A DNA stretch of 64,000 nucleotides. Origin: the human T2T-CHM13v2.0 reference genome, Homo sapiens. The position numbers and the translations under genes were made by a program. The stretch's first letter is position 1; every line of letters starts with the position of its first letter. Positions 29,421 to 44,819 of the stretch are shown here, piece after piece. Location: positions 33,184,001-33,248,000 of the forward strand of contig CP068257.2 in assembly GCA_009914755.4 (NCBI GenBank), in the 5' to 3' direction. Under the pieces are notes generated by a model. That model worked only from the letters and a program-made list of their open reading frames with translations, did not search any database and was not told the origin of the DNA.

Positions 29421-31688
29421 TTCTTCCTACATGCTTATGACAACCAGCATGCAGAAGAACAACAAAATGGGCTTCCTAGTTTATCTAGGTTTCAGTTTTC
29501 TGTACCAGCATCTATTACTCCATCCTCATATTCCCAGAAAGGAGGAAATTACGACACCTTAAATGTGATACATCATATTTGGTCAATCAGGGGTGAAATT
29601 TTAAAATCACTCACTCGGGTTGCCCAAACCCATCTCTAGGTGGGAGTTGTGACTGAACAGGCATCGGTACCACTAGCTCTAGAATCTGCCCTGTTCTATC
29701 TTTTGAAATAAATTAAAAAAGAATTCTAAGACTCGATCGTAGAAGTTAATGATGGTGTCCTGACTGGGAGAAACGTGTAGCCCAAGGGTCTACTCATGAC
29801 AAAATGGCTTTCTATTCTATTTCATGACAAAATGGCTTTACCAGTTTAAGACCTGGTAAAATAGGAAGTTGAAATAAACCTCAGCCCTTTAATAGTTAAG
29901 ACCCCAACAAATAAACAGTGGTTTAGTGGCATGACAACTTGCCCCCTCTCAATCTGTACCGTGCTTCAGATAATTTGAGATGTCTATTTTGAGTGACCCT
30001 CCAGCACATGTGATTCTAGGTAAGTATTGGTGCTATTCTATATCAGTATTTTCTTGCTGACAGAGTCAGAGGAGCTGGCATAACCCTTCTGACAAAGTCC
30101 TAGCAAGGTAGGGTTCCTGAGCCTTTCTATAAATCCCGGCAAACTCGCCAAACCCCCGGTTACTGACATTTCTGTAAAGCTGAAAAACATTCATGCATCT
30201 GGACAGCACCACTGTGGAACTACTCTGACAAATTGGATATTTTTCTGAAAACTACCACTGCCATTTCAAAGAAAGCCAGAAACACATGCTGTATTTCTTA
30301 AAGTATCTTCGTAAATATAACATAGAAATTTCAGGGCTGAGCCTGGAAAATAAGCATTTTCCTACTGTCAAGAACAAACTGAAGGTCTTGGCTGAACAAG
30401 ACTTGCATATTATACCTGTTAACTTTCCAATTTCAAGAGAAAAAGCCCAAGGGTCTACTCAAAACATGATTAGCGTAAAACAGCGTTTTCTTATAGGAAA
30501 GAAAGAACAAAAGGAAAAGGAAAAGTTGTTTCACATGAAAATATTCTGGATACTTATTTTTTAAAAGTTGTTCCTAAAATTTTACAAGTGAAGTACTGAA
30601 TATCAAATTCATATTTTGGAAAGAAAGAACACCAGCAATATAGTTCACACATTCTTTAGAGTAGCAACCAAGCCCGTAGGGAACTCTAAAAGCGAGTTAT
30701 GATTTCTTAAATGTTGCAGAAGTAAAAGTTTTCAAGAGGAACAAAAAAGGGGCGATGCTTAGTGTTAAACCTGATACTCTACTAAGCATATAGGTCTCCA
30801 AAGAGCTGACGAATGCCCATCACACGGTCCACAATAATGCTTTTGCCCAGGAGCTTCAGAGGATGAGAACTCAATGTGCAACTTCCCCCCATTTTTTTGT
30901 TTTTGTTGTTAAAGAGGCATATCTGATGAAGAAGGAAATCAGATTAGATTCACTCTTCACCAAGAAACAGAGCAACTCAATGGTGACAATATCAATTTTC
31001 CCCCATGTGGCTGAATTTTCCATTGCCTTTAAAAATGCTTAAGACTTTTTGTTCCCATATCAGCAGAAAAAGGCAAATCCCTTAATCAACCTAGTAGTAT
31101 AAATGGCCAGTTAGGCAACGAGAGACTAAGAAAACAGTCTTCCTTTTGATTTTACACATGAATAGATGATGTGAATTAGTTTTCTGAAGATTATGTGAAT
31201 TAGTTTAAATGACCTTAAAGGCAAGATGAAAGAATCTCCTTGAGAGTTGTATCCTCTTTGGAAGCAAAGTATTGTTTTGCCCCAAGCCCATCTCGCTCAC
31301 TGAACATACCATTTGACTTAATTTACCATATACGCTTGTATTTTGGAATTTAAAAAAAATCAATGTACACATTTTAAATCATTATTAATGATTATTATGT
31401 AACAGGAAACCAGTGGTTTCATGGATCCTCTTCCTAAATACACCTAAATGAACCTATAGATGACAGGCAGCCCCCCAAAACATCAAGCTTTAGGTTTCTG
31501 TTTGTTTACAAAAGGGTTACTCCACAGACAGGCCACTTAGCTGTGTGCATAGTATCTTCTGGAAAGATTTATTTGGAAATTTTCCAATCAAGTAGAAGAA
31601 CCTTCCCCAGAAACCTAACAGTGAGAGCTAATGGCATGGGCTGTCAAGCTCCATGGGAGACAGTGGGCATGCCTTTTGAGAACCCATG

Positions 31689-31998
31689 TTTTTGTTTGTT
31701 TGTTTGTTTGTTTTTTGAGATGGAGTCTCGCTCTGTTGCCCAGGCTGGAGTGCAGTGGTGCAATCTCGGCTTACTGCAACCTCCAACCTCCCGGGTTCAC
31801 ACCATTCTCCTGCCTCAGCCTCCTGAGTAGCTGGGACTACAGGCACCCGCCACCATGCCTGCCTAATTTTTTGTATTTTTAGTAGAGTTGGGGTTTCACC
31901 ATGTTAGCCAGGATGGTCTCCATCTCCTGACCTCGTGATCCGCCCGCCTTGGCCTCCCAAAGTGCTGGGATTACACGTGTGAGCCACCGCGCCCGGCC
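31689..31998 (-). mobile_element. Alu SINE (antisense) with a (TTTG)n tail
   Basis: (tttg)n then gagatggagtctcgctctgttgcccaggctggagtgcagtggtgcaatc..., ending ...gagccaccgcgcccggcc. 14-15-bp TSD tgagaacccatgtt at 31677-31690 and 31999-32013. Confidence 0.95.
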
Positions 31999-32613
31999 TG
32001 AGAACCCATGTTTGAACCCAAAATAGAGAGCTACTGGCCTGGAAACCCAAAGGAACAGATGATATTTGTACATCCCACAATACAACTCACATACAGAAAA
32101 TGCCTGGGGAAGCTAATTCCTGCTGTCCGAGAGGGGCAAAGAGCTACCACATCGATTGCTGGCCACCTGCCCTTTTCCCCAGATGTGTTGCTTATCTTTT
32201 CCTTAACAAGCCTGCTACTTTGAGAAAGAAATATTACTGTAAACCATATCACACACAGCTGCATCCTGCATGGCACAGAGAAAAGTCTGCATTTTGGATT
32301 TTTGAAACGGTATCACAGAGCAAACAGTCATTGACGTCACTGGTCTACAGTGTAAATGAACTTCTTGTATTATCTAATTTGGCACAGTGGGCCTTAGGCA
32401 ATTATTGCATCTTACAGCGCTTTAGTAATTGCCAGCTAGGCCCATGGGCTGGGGGGACCTGCATTCTCTATTGATTTGCAAATAACACCCTTGATGTGAT
32501 GACATCCATACATTTCAACTATTTCTTAATAATAAAAAAACACTAGATACAAAACCCACAAATAATCTGGCAATAGCGAGAACTTGAAACATCCCATCTT
32601 CACTTTGCTTGAC

Positions 32614-32644
32614 GTGTGTGTGTGTGTGTGTCTGCGTGTGTGTC
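32614..32644. repeat. (GT)n microsatellite
   Basis: gtgtgtgtgtgtgtgtgtctgcgtgtgtgt. Confidence 0.9.
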
Positions 32645-32717
32645 TTCAAGCCTAATGGGTAGGTAAAAAAATAGCATAGCCAAAGCTAACTCTTAAAAAA
32701 TTCAAGAGAGCTATCTA

Positions 32718-33255
<538 letters not shown>

Positions 33256-33991
33256 CAGAAAAAGTATTGTGGATTTCCTAAAACTGGGGCTTTTCTTGTC
33301 TTTCCCCTCTCTCTCCCCTCACCCCAACATAGACTCGCTAGAGATATGCCAGCTGAATTTGGGGCCACTGTCCTCTCAGCAGAATGGGCCCCCTTTCACC
33401 GCCTCGGCCACAGAGTGCTCCCCCAGTCTGGGCCTTGGCACCCTCCCCAACCCTCTACACCCACTTCCAATGGGCACAACTCACTGAGATACAGAACTTG
33501 GCGGTGGTGGTGATGCCGGGAGGGAAAGAGGCGCATTAATTGTTGGCACATGGCCACATGCCAGGGGCTATGCTGTGGCAGCCAGGAAAGGTGGCCTCCC
33601 AGGGGCATCAGAACGGCTGTTCCTTACTGCAAACCCAGCCACTGGCACGTTTTAGAGGCGGCAAAGTGGGCCCCGCAGCTTAGTGGTAGGGCCCCTTCCA
33701 AGAGGAAATGAGGCGTGGCTGCAAACCCACAGCCTCTGGGGAGGTCCCATTTCCAGGTACACGCAGGGCATCCTCAGCCCCTCAGCCCCTCTCCCTCTCC
33801 CTCTCCTCACAGGCTTTTCACAAGCATTCCTTCTTCCCTGAAGCCGACTCCCCCATGTACCCCTAAGGAGGAGTTGACAGGAAGGCCTCGCCTGTGTCTT
33901 GTCCAATATTCCCAGCAGAATAGGCCCACTGGAGCCCAGAGGTAGCTACAGCCTATCTGGTGAGCTTCCCCAGGGGGCTCAGGACTGGTGG

Positions 33992-34059
33992 GATGGGATG
34001 ATGGGCCCCTCAGTGTCTATATAGGGTGGGATGGTGGGCCCCTCAGTGTCTATATAGAT
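33992..34059. repeat. Tandem duplication, ~34 bp x2
   Basis: ggtgggatg[a/g]tgggcccctcagtgtctatatag repeated head to tail. Confidence 0.8.
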
Positions 34060-37000
34060 AGCAAGTGTCCTCATCATGCTCTTCACCAAAACAACCGTCA
34101 CCAGGAAGCAGCAAGCAGAGGCCACTCATGGGGGACTGGGGCCTACGGTTTTCTCAAAATGTCCTTAAACCAGAGCCAGTCCTGTCGTGCAAAGCTGAGG
34201 CTCCAAGGTAGGGAGGTAGCCACAGGAGGCCTGGGCCATTCATTTCTCTTTTAAAGACAATGGCCTCCTGCTGCTTCCTCAGCCTTATGGTTCCAATAAA
34301 GAGTCCTTGATCGATTGCACAACCTCTGTTCCCTATTGCCAAATGTCCCCAAAGCCAGATTGAGAAACAGCCTGCCCGCTGCCCCCATAAAGTGCTATTT
34401 CACATGCCCTGACCCAATCCTAGACTAGAAAGAGGCCCCCTTGATTCCACTCCCGCAGCCTGGGGTAAGAGCAGACCACGAGAAGTGCACTGTAGTCCAG
34501 CTCCCAATGGCTACAATTATAAAATTAAATGGTATAACTTGCATGATGGCTGCAAATCTCCATGGCTGGCCATTTCTTCCTGCTGCCAGGCCCCTTGGCA
34601 CAGTTGACATTGTCTCAAATTCCAGACCAGAAAAAAAGGGCCCACTATATTGCAGTGATTTTATCATTAACGAGACCTGTTTGGCTCCAAAATGAGGAAA
34701 AACACTTAAGCATAATATTTATGTAGTTCAAATGCAATGGCCCCTCTTGTCATGTGTCACCAAGGCAAATCTGGACTCTGATTCAGCGCTCCAGCCCACA
34801 ACAGGAGACTTGAACGCAAACAGCCTGAGTCACGCAGGCTCAGCATGCATGTGGGAGGCCTGTTCTTGGCTGCGTATTTTAAGCACCGGCTTTGTGGATG
34901 AAAGGCCATGGGGCCAGGTCTTGCAGCAACCCCCATCATCCCTTTCCCTCAGAAGTATGAAAATGTCTTTTTTCTAGAGCGCTCTGTGTTGGTCAGCCAT
35001 GGTGTGACTCAGTGCCTCTGGATGAAGCCTTCCTTAGCTCCTCCCTCCTCTTATCTCTGCCATAGATCCTTGGCTTCCTGATGATCAAACTGAAAAATCT
35101 GCAGTTTTCTTGCAGAAAAACAAACAATTCCAATGGAACAACCATTCAAAACATAATAACTCAGCCCTTTAACCTCCTACCACAGTCTAATGCCTGGCAT
35201 TACGAGTTGGGGTAAAGAAGAAGGCAGGAACAATGATTGTGGAGAGCTCTATCTGCCTCAGAAATAATGCCAGTCGGCAAAGGCTGCCGGCAGGTTTTGT
35301 GCTCATTTCAAAACTTCACATTCCTCAGGCACTTAGTGGCATTTTTGAAGAACACTGTGTCAAGGACAGTGGGTGACCCAGGAGAGTGATGTGAGCGAGG
35401 TCATTCTGAATACACAGCACTTGACGTGGTAGAGTCTACAGCCACAGCTTGGAAAAACAGCTCTTGGCAGTTGTGTCTCTCTTAGCCAGCAAGCGTGGGG
35501 ACCTGTGCCACGGAGACACCCAACAGGAATCATCATTCCAGGTAAGCCAGTCCTGTGGTCAGGCACAACGTGAGGTATTTTTTGTTTGTTTGTTTCTTTG
35601 TTTTTTATTTTAATTAGTCCCCCTCATTACTATATACTTAGAAATGAGAGCTTTAACTTGTGAGCAATTTCTATACCAGCTGATACCTGCCAAAATTGTA
35701 GTCATTTATAGAGATTAACTGATGACTGTCTGCTTTAGCAGAAGTGTTCAGGCATAACTCTCAGAGAAAACAATTCTTCACTCTAAGCTGTTTTCTAAGC
35801 CCTGGGAGTCTCAGGGCTGAGTTTAATGCTGGAGGATTGGGGAAGAGCCCATTCCACTCTCCCCACGTGTGTTCCTGGGAGTCAGTAGGAACGTTATTGC
35901 CTTGGTAGGGGTCTTGACCCTCAGGCTCACAATGGTGCTGGAGAGCTGTGACACCAAGGCACAGGGGAAATGAGAAGCATTATCATATTCAGGGTGTGGT
36001 TTGGATGCACTTACAAGCTAGATCGAAGGAACATCTAATTCTTACTTTCTGAAACCATCAGACCTCATGTGCCAAATAGCAATATTTTGCATGAAATATA
36101 GGAACTTCCGATATAAACTTTCAAGCTGGGGAAAATGAATACTTTATGTCTTCAGTTTCCTGTATCTGTGTTCAGTTAAAAGGCTCATTTGCCCCCCGAA
36201 TGTTAAATAGAGGAGTATGGAAAATGTCTACTATCCAATTCACTTTTCTTCTTTCTCACTGAGTACCGGGCTTTAGAGGGCAACAGGGAATTCGACCCTG
36301 GGTCAAGCCCTTGGGTAGAACCAGGATGCAGCTCTGAACACCTGCATGCTGGCAGCTTGGCTTCTTCAGCATGTTTGGAATCAACTGTGAATGTTTACAG
36401 GGCGGTGCTTTAAAGTAGTGGGCACATCAAGATTTCACCCTGGGACATCTTAATCTTAAGCAGAGTTGAAAAAGGTCCTAAATTCTTCTAGTACCATTTT
36501 CTCATTTTTGAAAAAAATGAAAGTACTTGCTTGGAATTTTATTATGTATGCAGAGTCATAAAAATCCAAAAAAGGGGAAAAAATTGTATATAATAAAAAT
36601 AAGTCAATGCCGTTTGCAAAATTTTACTTCATTCCAAAGGCATTCCTATTGTTTTCGGGGTTGGCTGCTCATTAGGCCATCCTTAAATGTTATGATATTT
36701 TGTGACGGATAGTGAGACCAGCTTTCACTTTTCTGCCATACAAAATAAACTGAGCAGGTATGCATATCTCGTTGATAACCGAGCTGCCTTTTTCAAGACA
36801 CCATTGTGATCTGTGGCTGTAAGTAACATAAATGTAATATATGATCTTCCATTAAAGAAACCAGATAAGGTTAAATTGCCACCGTTTCTTGGAAAATTTT
36901 GGTTAGATAGAATAAAGAATTTTCTGGCAGTCAACAACATATTAGTCTATGTTTCCGATATGGGTTTACTAGTTTTCTTGATAGATTCTTAGCAGAAAAA

Positions 37001-37814
37001 TGAGGAAGGTATATACTCAGAAGACTGTCATGATGAGCCGTTGAGCCAAATCTATGCAAAAGCATAATACCAAAAAGATATATTTCTCTCTGTATATACA
37101 TGTATAAAATTGTGGTTCTTCTAAAAGCATATAAGAATTTTATATAGTCAATTTTAAAAGGATATCTGTATTTCAGAAGATGTTGGCCAGTCAATTGGAT
37201 ACTCACTACATGAATCTGGATATAAAAATATGGGGTTTTCTTCCTTTGATTTGCTACTGTTTTATGACAATGGAAAAGAAATCAATGTGTGTAGAGAACA
37301 GCTTACTTTTCCTGGTATCACAGTCTAACCTTTAGGTTGCAGGGTCATTAGGATTTCAAAGTGACAGTACTGAATGTGACTCTTCCTGAAGCCCCTTGCA
37401 GATGGTAAAATAAATCTCCCTAATTGCAAACCTAACCATATGCTGGCTAATTTAATGTTGGGAAATATTCTTCAATATTATTTACCATACCACATGTATA
37501 TTATATATACTATATAATATAAACTATATAATGGTATATAGTATGTCAGTATACATTCTAATTCATATTATATATGCATGCTTATATATTGTCCAGTGCT
37601 ACGTAACTATGGGTAGCCTCACTTTCCCCCACCCCAATTTCTTCTCATATCGTTAAGCTAAGACAACACCACAAGGTTGGAGTACTTCAGAACTGGAGAA
37701 TGGCCACAGAAATCAGCCTTGGTTTTTAACTAATGTGTGGGAAGTGAGGTTCAGAGAGGTTATGTCATTTGCCCAATCTCACACGGCCAGTTACAGGAAG
37801 AGGGCAGGTCTGAA

Positions 37815-38045
37815 AACACACACACTCTCAACACCCACCGACACACACACTCGGAATGTACACTCAGTGCACCTAGAAATTCAACACCCACGGACACACA
37901 CACTCAGATATGTACACTCAGTGCACCTAGAAATTCAACACTCACCGACACACACACTCGGGATGTACACTCAGTGTGCCTAGAAATTCAACACCCACCG
38001 ACACACACACTCGGGATGTACACTCAGTGCACCTAGAAATACACA
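37815..38045. repeat. Minisatellite, ~53-54-bp unit x ~4.3
   Basis: Unit ~acctagaaattcaacacccaccgacacacacactcgggatgtacactcagtgc, with copies starting ~37871, 37925, 37978 and 38031, plus a partial first copy. Confidence 0.8.
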
Positions 38046-40685
38046 TTTCTGTGAACTCAAAGCGAACAGGGTGGAGAAGTGCACAATGCTTCATAGTTTT
38101 AGATCTCAGAGACACGAAAGCACTTGAACTTTTGCATTCTGCCTCAACCATCTCACTTCTGCTCCCAGTGTGTGTGTAGAATCAGAAGACAGCCCCAGCC
38201 ACACTGTGACCTGCAGGCTGTGAGGCTGTGTTTCACCTGCTTGAGTGGGCAATGGAATTACCTGGGCATTCTAGTTTGGTAGGTTGGTCTAGGGTGAAGG
38301 GCCTGAGAATTTGGAGTTCTAATAAGGTCCCAGGCGATGCTGAGGCTGCCGATACAGGGAGCACGCTGGGAATATCTGCATGAGAGGGAGAGCTCCTCCT
38401 GATACTCAAGCTTCCAATGTGCATTACTACTTCCCTTCTCCTGCCTGCTTCTGATTTGCTGTGTGCTGGGGAGAAACACGCGAACTAAATATGCCTGAAC
38501 TGTGTTTAGACTGTGTTCATGAGCAATGACTGACGGCCTCCTTTTGGTGATAACTATTTGGCCGTCTTTTCATTTTTTTAACTCTTCAATACACACAGAG
38601 CAGCTGAAAATGCCCAAACTCTGCCCTGCAGATAGGCCGGTGTGTGACCGTCTCTGTCTCCTACAATAACTGGGCACATTCTGTCAGAGTCACTGTCATG
38701 ATAATCAGTCTGATTGCTAAGGTGAACCCCAGATTCTCAAGTAGGAAGTAATTTCTGCTGTGCCATCTATAGAAAGACTTTGGGGAATGGCAGGGAAGGG
38801 TTACATGGAACCTTTATTCCGTTCCACAAATGCAGCAGTTAAGTTCTCTGAGTGCCCACAGGACCGGGTGTTAATGCAGATGCCACAATCCTCCTCCCCT
38901 CTAGAGAAACAACATGGTCCCAGGGAAACGTGAATGCTAGAGTAGGCGTTAAGAATTCTCCATTCTAAATCTGCTTTTCTACCAACCTTTGCTGTGGACA
39001 AGAACAAGTCTCTTCATCACTGAGGCTCCGTATCTGGAAGCCTGGAATTAAGAGACTAAGAAGGATTACTCCAAGGGACTCTAAAAGCATCCACAACAAT
39101 TACATCTGCTGCCATTATCTACTCAACTGGTTCTAAGCACGGTCTTTCTTGAACAACTTCTAATGAGGTTACGACTTTCAAAGTTTTCCCTTTTGTCTTT
39201 TTTCAGGCAGACACCTGGCCTGCGGGAGCCACTGCCAAGTCTAGCTGTCAGGTTGGTCTCAGAGCTCTGTCTTGATCCCCACCAGGTCGCCCAGCCTGCG
39301 ATCCCACCTGGCCTGCTCTATCTTTCTGTGTGCTGGGGGTCAGCAGCTTTGCACGAGGTGTCCTAAGAATTCACTCTCCCTCTGCCTCCAGCTGTTTCAT
39401 CAGTGACCCTTTGGACAGTTAGTTATGAGTGACCTTGGACTTCAGTATTCAAAGGTGCCCTCCTCTCTCCCTTAAGCCTTCACAGAGCCTTTCGTGCTAC
39501 CCTACTGACTGGGACATTCCATTCTGCTTTCACCCCTCCCCCTCTACCATCCCAAGGCTGAGTCCAGAGGGAGTGGGACATTAAACACACCTTAAAATTT
39601 GCTAGGAAGTTGTCAGAGGCTGCACCTGGGAAGAAAGCCACTCTGCGGAACACTCATCCAGGCTCTCATTTCCCAGCTTCTTGTCTGGGTTGGAAAACAA
39701 TGAGACATCTGCCCTGAATGCCCACCTTTTCCATCAGTGGCAGTAGGCACATAAGTCTTAGGTGAGTACCTGTCACCCACCCCGCCCACACTCCCTGTGC
39801 AGGCCCCTGTTCCTCTAGCTCATGCCCCTAAGCCTCTTAGAGGTGGATGAATCCTGGCAAGTCCCCTAGGATACCTCCACTTCCTAGGAATCCCTTTTAC
39901 CCACTCAGCGATTTCTAGAGGGGTGATGCTTTAGCCCCAGAGAATCACCAGCAGGAATAGCAGAGCCTTTGGTCGGAAAGAGCTTTTGTACTCTTGTGGG
40001 TGGTAACAGGAAAGCAAGCACTCACTGGGTCCACCTGTGTATGGGGCTTTCCTACTCTGGGCCTTCCCGAACCATGGTCCTACAGTGGCCTCTCAGGTGA
40101 CATGAAGTACAGGTCATGTCACCTGAGGTCAGGTGGCATTTTCTTAAGCCTGTTTTCTAAGGCAAATGCCTCCTACTTGAAACTAGAAGGCAGATGGGTT
40201 GAGCTCCCCTCTTTGCTCCGGCAGCAGTGGCCACCTTGCTCTTGCCCCTGTGTCACTGCCCTGGGGCCTTTGCACTTACTGTTTCCTCTGCTCAGGAAGC
40301 TCTTCCCTGAGATCCCTGTGGACCTGATCCCTCCCACCCTTCAAGTATTTGCTGAAATGTCATCTTCTCCCTGAGGAGTTCCTGGAGATCCCCTTTTAAG
40401 TTGCAGACTATCCCACATCCAGCCAGTCCCTAGCCCTTTGGCTTAGGTTTTCTCCATAGCACATGTTAATGTTATCCAGGGTCTGTCTGCACCCATGGGA
40501 CTGTAAAGTCTACAAAGACAGGGATTTTGTATTTTTTCTGCACAGCCATGTCTCCAGCACCTATAAAACCAACTGGAGCCTAGGAGGCTCACTAATGTTG
40601 GCTGAATGAATGAATGAGTACTCAGGTCCTTCATGATTGGTGCTGTCCAATCACCCTCCACTAGGTTGTGGGAAAGCAGAAATCA

Positions 40686-41131
<446 letters not shown>

Positions 41132-41255
41132 TCATTTATTTTCATAGTGAAAAATCAAAAAGAATAGGTCAAAGGCTCTTTTGCTGAGTTGAGAGTGGCA
41201 CTCTGACATAAGCAAAGTCCACCAGCTTCTCCTGTTTCTTTGTAGTGAGTACCCT

Positions 41256-42126
41256 CTCACACGCACACACAGAGAGACATACAAAAACACAGATGGCACA
41301 CATGCACACACATACACACATACAGACATGCATGGACAAACATACACACGGACACAGCCATACACATAAAAACATACAGATGCAGCTGGGCGCGGTGGCT
41401 CATGCCTGTAATCCCAGCACTTTGGGAGGCTGAGGCGGACAGATCATGAGGTCAGGAGTTCGAGAGCAGCCTAGCCAGTATGGTGAAACCCCATCTCTAC
41501 TAAAAAATGCAAAAAGTAGCCGGGCATGGTGGCACGTGCCTGTAGTCCCAGTTACAAGTAAGTGGCTGAGGCAGAAGAATTGCTAGAACCCAGGAGGCAG
41601 AAGTTGCAATGAGCCAAGATCATGCCAGTGCACTCCAGCCTGAGCGACAGAGCGAGACTCTGTCTCAAAAAACAAAACAAAACAAAATATAGATACACAT
41701 GGACACACATGTATAAACACACATACAGACACACATGGACATATACACACAAACACAGGCATGCATGTAAACACATACAGACACACACATACACAGACAC
41801 CTGGACACACACACAGATATAAAACACACATGGGGATACACACATATAAATACACACAGACACATGTACATACGTCACACAGACACATATATTAAGACAT
41901 GCACAGACACACATACACATACAGACACAAACCAGGACAGACACATATATACAGACGCACACACACATATACATATATCACACAGGGACACACATGCATA
42001 TACACACAGGCAGATATACAGACATGGGGACACATATATACAAACATACATACTGACATACACACATATACACATACATACATATACATCCATCACACAT
42101 CCATACATCCACTCACACACACACAC
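41256..42126. repeat. CA-rich low-complexity / degenerate (ACACATAC / ACAGACAC)n tract, ~870 bp, split by an Alu
   Basis: Long run of cacacatacacagacacacatggacatatacacacaaacac... on the plus strand (TG-rich on the minus strand). Confidence 0.85.
41383..41687 (+). mobile_element. Alu SINE inserted in the CA-rich tract
   Basis: gctgggcgcggtggctcatgcctgtaatcccagcactttgggaggctgaggcggacagatcatgaggtcaggagttcgagagc... with a tail caaaaaacaaaacaaaacaaaat. Confidence 0.95.
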
Positions 42127-43173
42127 CGTTCTGTGATCGCCCTCAGGACATGGGCCAAGACAAGTGTAGCAAGCAACAGTCAATGGACAGGAAAGGCTGG
42201 CCAACGCCAAGGCAAGATCAACAACCAATACAACTTCAAGCCAGAGACGCACACAGGCCTGCCCCTCCCCAGCCCCCCTGCACCATGCGCCCAAGACTCA
42301 CGGGACAAAAACCCAAACAAAACTCTGCTCCCTGAGTCCAGGGCTCATTGCCACGAGCAGTGGAGTTTTTCGCCCACTCACATGAGACTCGGGCCTCTCC
42401 TAAAAGCAGAGCACTCAAAATCTAAATCTGCCATCCCCGGTCGCCAGGGCTCACTGTCCATTTCTGTCTGGTGACTAAGGAGGTAACTTGAGCTCAGGGC
42501 AGAGAAGCCACCTGCTGGCTTTTGCTCTTGACCAGAGGTAGCCCTCTGTGGGGGAAGTGGAGGCAGTTTCTTAAGAAGGGTGCAGACAGCTCCCAAATTC
42601 AAGGTTTTTCTTCTTCTACCAGCCTATAATCCCAAATATTAGCAACCCTCCCTAGGTTAAGGTCTTATCTCAAGGAAACCCCCAGTTACAGCGTAACTGA
42701 AAAGTAACCAGAGAGTGGTAACCACCAGTGACATGGATTTGTTGATCAGAGTAGCTCCTGCCCAGGGACAGACTCTAAAGAGAAGGCGACTTGCAGAAGA
42801 GAAAGAAAGTATTGGTGGCGGGTGGCGCACTATGGAGATATGAGCACTGACTCACAGAACGCTGCCTGGAGCTTCTGACATGGCTTTGGAGTTCAGGCAT
42901 CAGCAGGGCTAGTCCTGGGGTAGACAGGCAAGACCTGGGGGCCAGGAGAAGAAGATCCAGGAGGCGCACACACACTGCTTGCGTGAGCATGTTACCAGCA
43001 CTGAGGCTCTCCACACTGGCCTCCTAACCTCCCTGCAGGAATCTCAGTTCCCCTCCCGCAGCAGCAGATCTCATACATAATGGGCAGAGACACTGAGCAT
43101 GTTTGGACAGGACCGAGGTAAAGGCAGGGCCCTTCCAAGGTTGGGTGATGCCTCCATAAATGCTGGACAAATA

Positions 43174-43210
43174 AATGAATGAGTGAGTGAGTGAATGAAT
43201 GAATGAGTGA
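43174..43210. repeat. (TGAA/TGAG)n simple repeat
   Basis: aatgaatgagtgagtgagtgaatgaatgaatgagtga. Confidence 0.7.
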
Positions 43211-44785
43211 GCCCCTTTCCTGGACTAGATTTATTCTGGAATGCTCATCCAGCAGTGTGGAGGATGATCTCTCCTCCTCTGTACTTCTAAAAAGAGGGAA
43301 GGAAATTCCCTCCTATTTCTAAAAGCCCTGCCCCCTGGGCCTCGGGGACTTTCCCAACAGCAGGGGAACAGCATCTGACTCTGACGCTCTCTCCTGTCAC
43401 AGACGCCAACTGAGGTTCTAGGCTGGCCTTGCAAAGCCCTTGGACAGATGGCTGAGCAGGTCCTGGCTGGTACAGAAGGACAGGGTACCCTGGCCACTCA
43501 CAGCTCCTGAGTACTCACTAGTACAAAAGCCAACCGCAGCAAGTTGTTTTGAACAGAACGTTGACCCTCCCTCACAAATAAGGCTTCCGGTTGTTTGTGT
43601 CATGACAGCCTCATTCAGGCATCAGGCTCACTTCTATGCACTGTTGTCCACGTGCCAGAAGCAGCCACCTGCTGAGAAGGGCATCTGTGAGGAGGGAGAC
43701 CTCTTCTAAAGTTACCTGAATGGGCAAGTGGCTGTTTGCCTAGACTCCCACAGAGCACAGCATGGTGATGAAGATGCTGGTCCCACTGTCTGCCAGGTAA
43801 CATTGGGAGGGAAAGTTCTGTTTATTCCAAGACACTAGTGCCTCCTATTCACCTTGGTGACCACATTTGAGCCAGTTAGGAAATGAAGGAAGGGAAGGTT
43901 CCATCCTTGCCAGGGATGGAGACAGGGATGGAGGGCAAGGATGGACGCCCAGGACAGCCTTCTGTCCGGCAACATTCCCCCTCCTCAATCCTTTCCCGAT
44001 TCGAAAGGTACACAACTTCCCCCTGGCCTGTCTACCTTGAGTCTCTGCCTATGGCTGCCTGGCCTGGTGAGACCAGCCTCCCAGCTCCTCTGTGTTACGC
44101 AGGCAATAGGAGAGCTGCCTTTTCAACAACTGTTTTGAACTTTCCTCTCCTTTTAACTCCTTCAACAGTCCCTCTTCTGTGTGAACACTCTGGTGTGTGA
44201 AAGCAAGACCTCAGCTCAGGGAGACAGCCCTCATAAACTGCCGCAGATTACCCTGTCTTTTCCCAGCCGGAGGGGGACCCCGCCCCACTCCCTTCCCAGT
44301 CTCTTCCCCACCCCCAACTTTTTTTTTTAACCACTTCTGCTTCCTTCATTTTCTCAGCAGCTGCAGCGGAGAGATATAGTAAAGCTACTGTATAGGATTT
44401 TGAAAGCAGGGCCTCCAAGAGCTTTCCAAACTCCACACAAGCCAGTTATTCTCTGCCTTGTTTTCTTTGGCTTCAGGTTAGTAACACAGAATGAGTCAAA
44501 CAGTATTAACTTTCAATAGGGAAGTGGTGTGGTCAACCAAAGCTGTTTGCGGCTAGATTGTGAAGATAGGTAGGGCAGGTAATGCAGAATAGCCCATAAT
44601 ACTGTGAGGAGGCAGAGGAGGGAGGCGGCCCCACTCAGAAACACTCCAACAATTAAGTCAACAGAACTCACACCATCTTTTTTTAGTTGGCTGAGGAATT
44701 AACACCAAGGTCTCTGACCAGCCAGCTTTGGGAAGTTGGCCATACTGGGGCTTGGACAATTGAGTACTTTGTGGGTTTAAGGATG

Positions 44786-44787
<2 letters not shown>

Positions 44788-44818
<31 letters not shown>

Positions 44819-44819
44819 C
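44788..44819. repeat. Poly-T tract (~32 T)
   Basis: Homopolymer run. It has no adjacent Alu body, so it is a standalone poly(dT). Confidence 0.95.

Noticed and set aside
41552-42474. Several 100-190-aa ORFs (C/V/Y-rich on the minus strand, H/T/Y-rich on the plus strand) over the CA-rich tract. Also considered a possible CRISPR-like array.
   Set aside because: These are translation artefacts of a degenerate (CA)n-like low-complexity repeat. There is no constant repeat/unique spacer periodicity, and a eukaryotic intron cannot host a CRISPR locus.
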